DNA from: a virus
Lineage: Duplodnaviria > Caudoviricetes
Strand: one strand, 5' to 3'
Virus record (IMG/VR): IMGVR_UViG_3300032334_001433
Span: 96,001-160,000 of that record
Length of the DNA: 64,000 nucleotides
Under the pieces are notes generated by a model that had not been told where the DNA came from, made no database searches, and saw nothing but the letters and a program-made list of their open reading frames with translations. The stretch's first letter is position 1. Each line of letters starts with the position of its first letter. The position numbers and the translations under genes were made by a program. This document shows positions 58,207-64,000 of this stretch, in pieces.

Positions 58207-58743
58207 CTACATCCATAGCCAATAGCCTTGCGACATTAAGATTAATCCTAATCCGCCAACTACCCAACTAGCTCTATACATATTGTTATTGACAGCTAAT
58301 ATAGCAGCCGATAATAATACAATTGCAAGTTGGAATAACATACCTGAGAATGTTAGCCAAGGTGCGTGCAATCTTGCTTCTTCACGAGCAGCATCCTGTG
58401 CCTGTGCTTTGGCCAGTAATTCTTTCTTGCCTTCGCCTTTTTCTGGTTCACTTTCGTAACGAGCAATTTTGGCTTCTAATTTTTCAATACGAGCTTTATC
58501 TTTTGCTTGTTTAGCGTCTTCTAATTGTCCCTCAGCAATAGCTTGTTTTATACTTTTGGATTGATAAAATCCATATGTGTTGCTGGCCTTTAGTAAGTTA
58601 GTTTGTGCTATGCCGCTAAAATTATTAGCAAGGTAAGTATTGCCTGCTAAAAATAATGCCATAAAGACAATAACTAATCCAGATTTATCTTTAATTTGCG
58701 CCTCACGCTCGCTGCGTGATAAAGGTTTCTTTTCATCTGCCAT
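58207..58743 (-). CDS. DUF4337-like membrane protein
   Basis: N-terminal TM, YQSKSIKQ motif, coiled coil, two C-terminal TMs (LFQLAIVLLSAAIL). Confidence 0.7.
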   Translation of the reverse strand: MADEKKPLSRSEREAQIKDKSGLVIVFMALFLAGNTYLANNFSGIAQTNLLKASNTYGFYQSKSIKQAIAEGQLEDAKQAKDKARIEKLEAKIARYESEPEKGEGKKELLAKAQAQDAAREEARLHAPWLTFSGMLFQLAIVLLSAAILAVNNNMYRASWVVGGLGLILMSQGYWLWM

Positions 58744-58820
58744 TCTATCCTCCTTTATGTTTTAATTTTACAAAAAGGTCAAAAGCACATTGCATGCTTG
58801 GATATAGTCATAGATATCTA

Positions 58821-58849
58821 TAGACAAATTACTAAATTTGCTATATAAT
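58821..58849 (+). promoter_or_regulatory. Sigma70-like promoter of gp43
   Basis: TAGACA-17 nt-TATAAT. Confidence 0.75.
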
Positions 58850-58857
58850 GATACAAT

Positions 58858-58865
58858 TATTTATA
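58858..58865 (-). promoter_or_regulatory. Late promoter on minus strand driving the membrane-protein cluster
   Basis: TATTTATA on + strand is TATAAATA on - strand; intergenic, upstream of the DUF4337-like gene. Confidence 0.6.
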
Positions 58866-58882
58866 CCCTTAGGATTTACTGA

Positions 58883-61375
58883 ATGAAGTTTTACACTAGT
58901 GTCAATCAATATGGTAACAAGATTCTTGTTCGCGGAATCAACAATGGCAAATCTGTGCAGGACAAGATCGAATTTAAACCTAGTTTATTCTTAAAATCCA
59001 AAACTCCTACCAAATATAAGTCATTATTTGGCGAAAATCTAGATGAAATTGTTTTTGAAAGTATTAACGAAGCAAAAGATTACGTTAAACGATACAGCGA
59101 TGTAGACAATTTTGAGGTTTTTGGCAATACGAACTATGCCTATCAGTACATCACAAAAACATTCCCCGACGAAGTAGATTTTGACATTTCTCAGTTAAAA
59201 ATATGGTCTCTTGATATTGAGACTTCTGCAGAACTTGGATTCCCTGATGTTAGGAATCCGATGGAAGAAGTTCTGTTAATTACTACTCAAGATTATAACA
59301 CTAAAGAAATCGTTACATTTGGTACGAAAAACTTTAAAGTTACGAAACCAAACCACAAGTATGTGCAATGTAGTAATGAGCAAGATCTCCTGAAGAGATT
59401 TATTTGGTCTATGGTTGACGATGGATATCCTCATATCATTACAGGTTGGAATATTGACTTCTTCGACATTCCTTATTTGTGCAGTCGAATTTCCAAAATA
59501 CTTGGAGATGAATTCCTTCGACAATTGTCTCCTTGGAATGTAGTGAATTCAAAAGAATTTACTCGAATGAATAAGACAGAATTGACATACGATATTCTTG
59601 GCGTAGCTGCATTGGACTATCTTGATCTGTATAAGAAGTTTACTTATGGTGCCCAAGAATCATATAAACTAGATCACATTGCTAAGGTAGAACTTGGTAA
59701 AGAAAAATTGTCATACGAGGAATATTCTTCATTCCGAGATTTCTATAAAAATGATTGGCAAAAGTTCGTAGAATACAACGTAGTTGATACGGAACTAATT
59801 GACCAATTGGAAAATAAGATGCGACTTATTGAGTTGATCTTAACAATGGCATATGATGCAAAGTGTAATTATGTAGATGTATTCTCGGCAGTTAGAACAT
59901 GGGATTGTATTCTTTGGAATCATCTTTATAAGAAGAACATCATTGTTCATCAGCGTGAGGGTAAGCCTGCTCGACAAATTGTAGGAGCGTATGTCCAAGA
60001 ACCGAAGCCCGGACAATATGATTGGGTTGTATCTTTTGATGCGACAAGTCTGTATCCAAGTATTATTATGCAGTATAATCTATCTCCCGAGACGCAGGTT
60101 ATTCAAGCAACAAAGGATACAACTGTTGATAAGTTAATGAAAAAGGAATACAATCTGCAGGATCTAAAAGACAACAATTATTGTATGTCTGCAAATGGTT
60201 ATTCTTATACAAGAGAAAAGCAAGGATTGTTTCCTGAGATTGTGCAGAAATTGTTTGATGATCGTCAGCGTTATAAAAAATTGATGTTGGCTTCGCAAGC
60301 AAAGTATGAAGAAACAAAGGATAAGTCTTATCAGAATGAGATTTCCAAGTATAACAATTTTCAGATGGCTCGTAAGATTCAATTGAATTCTTTGTTCGGG
60401 GCATGGGGTAATGAATTTTTTAGATTCTATGATTCTAATATTGCGGAAGGTATTACACTTACAGGTCAGTATATTATTCAGACAGTCGGTGCAGCTTTGA
60501 ATGAATACTTAAATAAAGTCTGTGGAACAAAAGACTTTATGTATTCTTTTTATTCAGACACAGATGCTTGTTATATTACATTGGATCCATTAGTACAAAA
60601 GTATTATAAAGATCAACCGAAAGAAAAGATTGTAGAAATCTTGGATAAGATTTGTAATGAGAAAATTGAAAAAGCAATTAATAAAGCATGCGATGGTTTG
60701 GCTGATTATACCAATGCGTTTGATACAAAGATTTACTTTAAACGAGAAGTTATTGCAGACCGTGGCATTTGGGTTGCTAAGAAACGATATGCTTTGAATG
60801 TTTATAACAATGAAGGCGTTCAATATAAAGAGCCGAAATTGAAAGTCATGGGATTGGAGATTGTTAGATCGTCTACTCCTGAGCCTATTCGTGAGGCACT
60901 TCGAGATGCCGTTAAATTGGCATTGACTGGAACGGAACAACAGATTCAAGATTATATCCGAGAATTTGAATATAAGTATAGAAAAATGTCTCCAGAACTA
61001 ATTGCTTTCCCTAGAGGCGTTAACGGAGTCGATAAATATACAGATAGGAGTTCAATTTATAGGCAAGGAACTCCTATGCACGTCCGAGGCGCATTGTTGT
61101 ATAATTTCTATTTAAAGGAAAAACAACTAACCGGTAAGTATGAACTTATAAATGAAGGCGACAAAATTAAATTCATTTACTTAAAAGAACCAAATTTGAT
61201 TAAAGAAAATTGTATTGCGTTTATTAATCAGATGCCCGACGAGTTTAATTTGAAACAATACGTAGATTATGATACGATGTTTGAGAAATCATTTCTTGAA
61301 CCATTAACAACAATTTTAAATGGTGTGGGGTGGACTGCGAAACCACAGGCAACATTAGAGGGATTATTCTCATGA
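58883..61375 (+). CDS. gp43: Family B DNA polymerase gp43
   Basis: LDIET exonuclease, GWNIDFFD, SFDATSLYPSII, KIQLNSLFG, YSDTDA, KKRYA; no intein or intron. Confidence 0.98.
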   Translation: MKFYTSVNQYGNKILVRGINNGKSVQDKIEFKPSLFLKSKTPTKYKSLFGENLDEIVFESINEAKDYVKRYSDVDNFEVFGNTNYAYQYITKTFPDEVDFDISQLKIWSLDIETSAELGFPDVRNPMEEVLLITTQDYNTKEIVTFGTKNFKVTKPNHKYVQCSNEQDLLKRFIWSMVDDGYPHIITGWNIDFFDIPYLCSRISKILGDEFLRQLSPWNVVNSKEFTRMNKTELTYDILGVAALDYLDLYKKFTYGAQESYKLDHIAKVELGKEKLSYEEYSSFRDFYKNDWQKFVEYNVVDTELIDQLENKMRLIELILTMAYDAKCNYVDVFSAVRTWDCILWNHLYKKNIIVHQREGKPARQIVGAYVQEPKPGQYDWVVSFDATSLYPSIIMQYNLSPETQVIQATKDTTVDKLMKKEYNLQDLKDNNYCMSANGYSYTREKQGLFPEIVQKLFDDRQRYKKLMLASQAKYEETKDKSYQNEISKYNNFQMARKIQLNSLFGAWGNEFFRFYDSNIAEGITLTGQYIIQTVGAALNEYLNKVCGTKDFMYSFYSDTDACYITLDPLVQKYYKDQPKEKIVEILDKICNEKIEKAINKACDGLADYTNAFDTKIYFKREVIADRGIWVAKKRYALNVYNNEGVQYKEPKLKVMGLEIVRSSTPEPIREALRDAVKLALTGTEQQIQDYIREFEYKYRKMSPELIAFPRGVNGVDKYTDRSSIYRQGTPMHVRGALLYNFYLKEKQLTGKYELINEGDKIKFIYLKEPNLIKENCIAFINQMPDEFNLKQYVDYDTMFEKSFLEPLTTILNGVGWTAKPQATLEGLFS

Positions 61376-62187
61376 AAAAGATTATATTTACATTACTAGC
61401 ATTATTAAGTTTACATTCATATGGTTGGGATCAACGTCAACCATTGCCGGTACAAGCATGTCAAGTTCATGCACCATATGGATTCCCTGTCACACAAGGA
61501 GTTCAACCTATTTGTCGACAAGGTTATCTTGTAGGGTATGATGCCACCGCAAAACTTCCGAAATTTGTGACCTATGAATTGCTTCCGCAAAATGCACTGG
61601 GATGCTGGCCAAGAACAAATGCCTTTGTAGCAGATGCGTCTATTCAAAACGGACCCAGGGTAGATGATTATGTTGGAACTGGATATGATAAAGGTCATAT
61701 GAGTCCTGATGGAGATTTAAGTTGGGATCAGCAAGTTGAATATGAATCATTCTTGATGACAAACATGGCACCTCAAGCAGGAAGTTTAAATAGAGGGATT
61801 TGGAAACTATTAGAAACATCTGTTCGCGGATGGGCAGTTCAACGTAATCAAAGTTACACAATTTATGTCGGCGGCATTTATAATGCACAGGATAAAAAGA
61901 TTGGTAGTGGTGTAGTTGTTCCTCATGGTTTTTATAAAATTGTAATTAACAATCAAACAAATGAAGTTGCTGGATGGGGGTTTCCTCACGTTCCTCCATA
62001 TCCTAATTTAGGAAATGATTTGACAAAGTTTCGCATGCCAATTGCAGACATTGAAAATGCTTCAAATGTAGATTTTAAACTACCTCCTAATCACAAAGAA
62101 CTTGCTCCTGGCACAGAATGGCCTGTAGACTTTGGTGCATTGACTAAAGCAAAACGTGCAAAGTGCGGAGCAAACGCAACAGAATAA
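61372..62187 (+). CDS. DNA/RNA non-specific endonuclease (NucA/EndA-like) with signal peptide
   Basis: MKKIIFTLLALLSLHSYG signal; YDKGHMSP, FLMTNMAPQ, LNRGIWKLLE, VPHGFYKIV; ATGA overlap with the gp43 stop. Confidence 0.88.
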   Translation: MKKIIFTLLALLSLHSYGWDQRQPLPVQACQVHAPYGFPVTQGVQPICRQGYLVGYDATAKLPKFVTYELLPQNALGCWPRTNAFVADASIQNGPRVDDYVGTGYDKGHMSPDGDLSWDQQVEYESFLMTNMAPQAGSLNRGIWKLLETSVRGWAVQRNQSYTIYVGGIYNAQDKKIGSGVVVPHGFYKIVINNQTNEVAGWGFPHVPPYPNLGNDLTKFRMPIADIENASNVDFKLPPNHKELAPGTEWPVDFGALTKAKRAKCGANATE

Positions 62188-62202
62188 GCTTGCAATTTTA
62201 TT

Positions 62203-63036
62203 ATGACTATCCGTGAAAATCAAAAAATTGGTATGTTATATACCATGCAAGGACTCGGCGACCATATCATGTTCAATGGTATGGCTCGTCGTTTATTAAT
62301 AGAACATTCATTAACAACAATCTATGTTGTATCATGGAGACATTATTCTCACATTGTAGAATTTATGTATAGGGATGATCCGAGAATAAAAGTATTGTTA
62401 ATTGATTCTGGTAATGAACATAACGGTATGATAGAACATATAAAAGCAATTATACCAGATTGCATATATCTACTTGGGCATGAAATACAAAGAGGTGTTC
62501 CTGGTAAATCTTTTGATGAATTTCTACATTCCGAAACACATCAGTATCAGGCTTCTTGGTCAGAACTATCTACAAAATCTATCTACGGAAATCAAGCATA
62601 TTATGATTTTATGGAAATAGATTGGAAACATCGTTTTATGAGTTTCTACTATGAACGAGATATGAGAGCAGAAGAAGAACTCTTCAATATGGTTAACCCA
62701 AATCATGAGGAGTATATTTTTATACACCATGATCCTACAAGAGGATTAACTATGGATGCCAATAAGTTATTGGACATTGTAGGAAAGAACATTAAAATTA
62801 TTTCTGCACCAACAGCACAAAATTCTAATATGAACATCCTACATTTTGGTATGATATTACAGAATGCAAAACAGTTTCATACAATGTCATCATCGTTTGC
62901 TTGTTTGGTTGAAGGACTCGATATGGATTATGTTGATTTGTATATGCACCAATATATTAGAAATGCCGGAAGGTTTATTCGAGATGGAAAAACTTGTCCA
63001 AGCGAAACAAGAAAGTCGTGGACGGTGATCTTTTAA
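62203..63036 (+). CDS. Hypothetical, putative GT-B glycosyltransferase; paralogue of 43792..44580
   Basis: MQGLGDHIMFNGM, YIFIHHD, ILQNAKQFHTMSSSFACLVE. Confidence 0.5.
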   Translation: MTIRENQKIGMLYTMQGLGDHIMFNGMARRLLIEHSLTTIYVVSWRHYSHIVEFMYRDDPRIKVLLIDSGNEHNGMIEHIKAIIPDCIYLLGHEIQRGVPGKSFDEFLHSETHQYQASWSELSTKSIYGNQAYYDFMEIDWKHRFMSFYYERDMRAEEELFNMVNPNHEEYIFIHHDPTRGLTMDANKLLDIVGKNIKIISAPTAQNSNMNILHFGMILQNAKQFHTMSSSFACLVEGLDMDYVDLYMHQYIRNAGRFIRDGKTCPSETRKSWTVIF

Positions 63037-63047
63037 TTTAAAAAGCA

Positions 63048-63076
63048 TAGACAACTATGCACAAATACTATATAAT
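63048..63076 (+). promoter_or_regulatory. Sigma70-like promoter of uvsX
   Basis: TAGACA-17 nt-TATAAT. Confidence 0.75.
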
Positions 63077-63102
63077 ATTATTTTATTACTTAAGGAATAG
63101 AT

Positions 63103-64000
63103 ATGTCATTACTAGAACGGTTGAAGAAAAATTCAACAATTAAAGAATCAGAAATTCTAAACAAATCCAAATTCTTCGCAAAGAAGGATATGATTCAAAC
63201 ATCTGTGCCTATGATGAATGTTGCATTGTCTGGAAGTCTTGAAGGAGGATTTACTCCTGGACTAACAGTATTTGCAGGCCCATCTAAGCATTTTAAAACT
63301 GCATTCTCATTACTGCTTACTAAAGCATATATTGATAAGTATCCAGAAGCAGTTGTTTTATTTTATGATTCGGAGTTTGGTTCCCCTCAAGCATACTTTG
63401 ATAACTTTGGAATTGATACTACTCGAATCCTACATACTCCGATTACAGATATTGAACAATTGAAGTTTGATATTATGACTCAGATTAATAACATTAATCG
63501 AGGTGAGCAAGTAATCATTATTATTGACTCTGTAGGAAATCTTGCTTCCAAGAAAGAAGTTGACGATGCACTAGAAGGTAAATCTGTTGCAGATATGACC
63601 CGTGCGAAACAGATGAAATCTTTGTTTAGAATGGTTACTCCTCACTTGACAATTAAAGATATTCCTATGGTTGTTGTTAATCATACTTATTCTGAAATTG
63701 GATTGTATCCTAAACAGATTGTATCTGGCGGAACAGGATTGTATTATTCTGCAGATAATATCTTTATTATTGGGCGCCAACAAGAAAAAGAAGGTAGCGA
63801 TGTTATTGGATATAACTTTGTTATGAACGTAGAGAAATCTAGGTTTGTTCGTGAGAAATCTAAGATTCCAATTGAAGTTACATTTGAAGGCGGAATTAGT
63901 AAATGGTCTGGTCTATTGGATGTGGCATTAGAGGGCGGGTATGTTGTTAAGCCATCTAATGGTTGGTATTCTAAAGTAGATAAAGAAACAGGTGAAATTG
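63103..64000 (+). CDS. uvsX: RecA-like recombinase UvsX (3' truncated)
   Basis: NVALSG, AGPSKHFKT, FYDSEFG, DSVGNLASKKE, ADMTRAKQMKSLFR, EKSRFVREKSK; absent from the track because it runs off the window. Confidence 0.96.
   Translation, partial: MSLLERLKKNSTIKESEILNKSKFFAKKDMIQTSVPMMNVALSGSLEGGFTPGLTVFAGPSKHFKTAFSLLLTKAYIDKYPEAVVLFYDSEFGSPQAYFDNFGIDTTRILHTPITDIEQLKFDIMTQINNINRGEQVIIIIDSVGNLASKKEVDDALEGKSVADMTRAKQMKSLFRMVTPHLTIKDIPMVVVNHTYSEIGLYPKQIVSGGTGLYYSADNIFIIGRQQEKEGSDVIGYNFVMNVEKSRFVREKSKIPIEVTFEGGISKWSGLLDVALEGGYVVKPSNGWYSKVDKETGEI

Noticed and set aside
4644-61375. Introns, inteins or homing endonucleases in gp17, gp20, gp23, uvsW, gp46, gp43
   Set aside because: All are continuous ORFs of normal length with no splicing or nuclease motifs seen.
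714-63783. Many short opposite-strand or out-of-frame ORFs in the track (e.g. 4946..5287, 12713..12970, 23089..23487, 60590..60949)
   Set aside because: They lie wholly within well-supported genes, lack RBSs and recognisable motifs; shadow ORFs.
1-64000. CRISPR arrays, DGR template/variable repeats, integrase or IS elements, alternative genetic code
   Set aside because: No regularly spaced repeats, reverse transcriptase or recombinase seen; core genes read full length in the standard code.

Overview
AT-rich 64 kb segment of a large T4-like myovirus genome (cyanophage/pelagiphage-type gene order; host probably a proteobacterium, by inference only). Almost all genes are on the + strand. In order: end of a tail fibre plus chaperone; the neck/terminase/tail/head module (gp13-gp23, gp3); uvsY, uvsW, gp55; a 7-deazaguanine cluster (queE, folE, exonuclease, GT-B, TGT/DpdA-like, QueD-like, second GT-B, queD) with no queC/queF in the window; gp47/46, def, cobT/cobS-like; a 16 kb nucleotide-sugar and glycosyltransferase island (gmd, GT10, rfbH, split AHAS/YerE-like, rfbB, hldD, hldE kinase, fused TPP E1-like, FkbM, several GTs) behind a late promoter; gp45/44/62, regA, hsp20; an atypical tRNA(CAU); an envelope module (S11 peptidase, GT2 plus PlcP-like phosphoesterase, membrane proteins); gp43, a signal-peptide nuclease and partial uvsX. 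Best new leads: a riboswitch-like switch with its own sigma70 promoter upstream of queD, a QueC-less deazaguanine pathway interleaved with two glycosyltransferases, a branched-sugar/heptose glycosylation island, a PlcP-GT2 lipid-remodelling pair, a structured leader of about 240 nt before hsp20, and a tRNA with both elbow bases changed. No database searches or folding programs were run; family calls come from motif recognition by eye.
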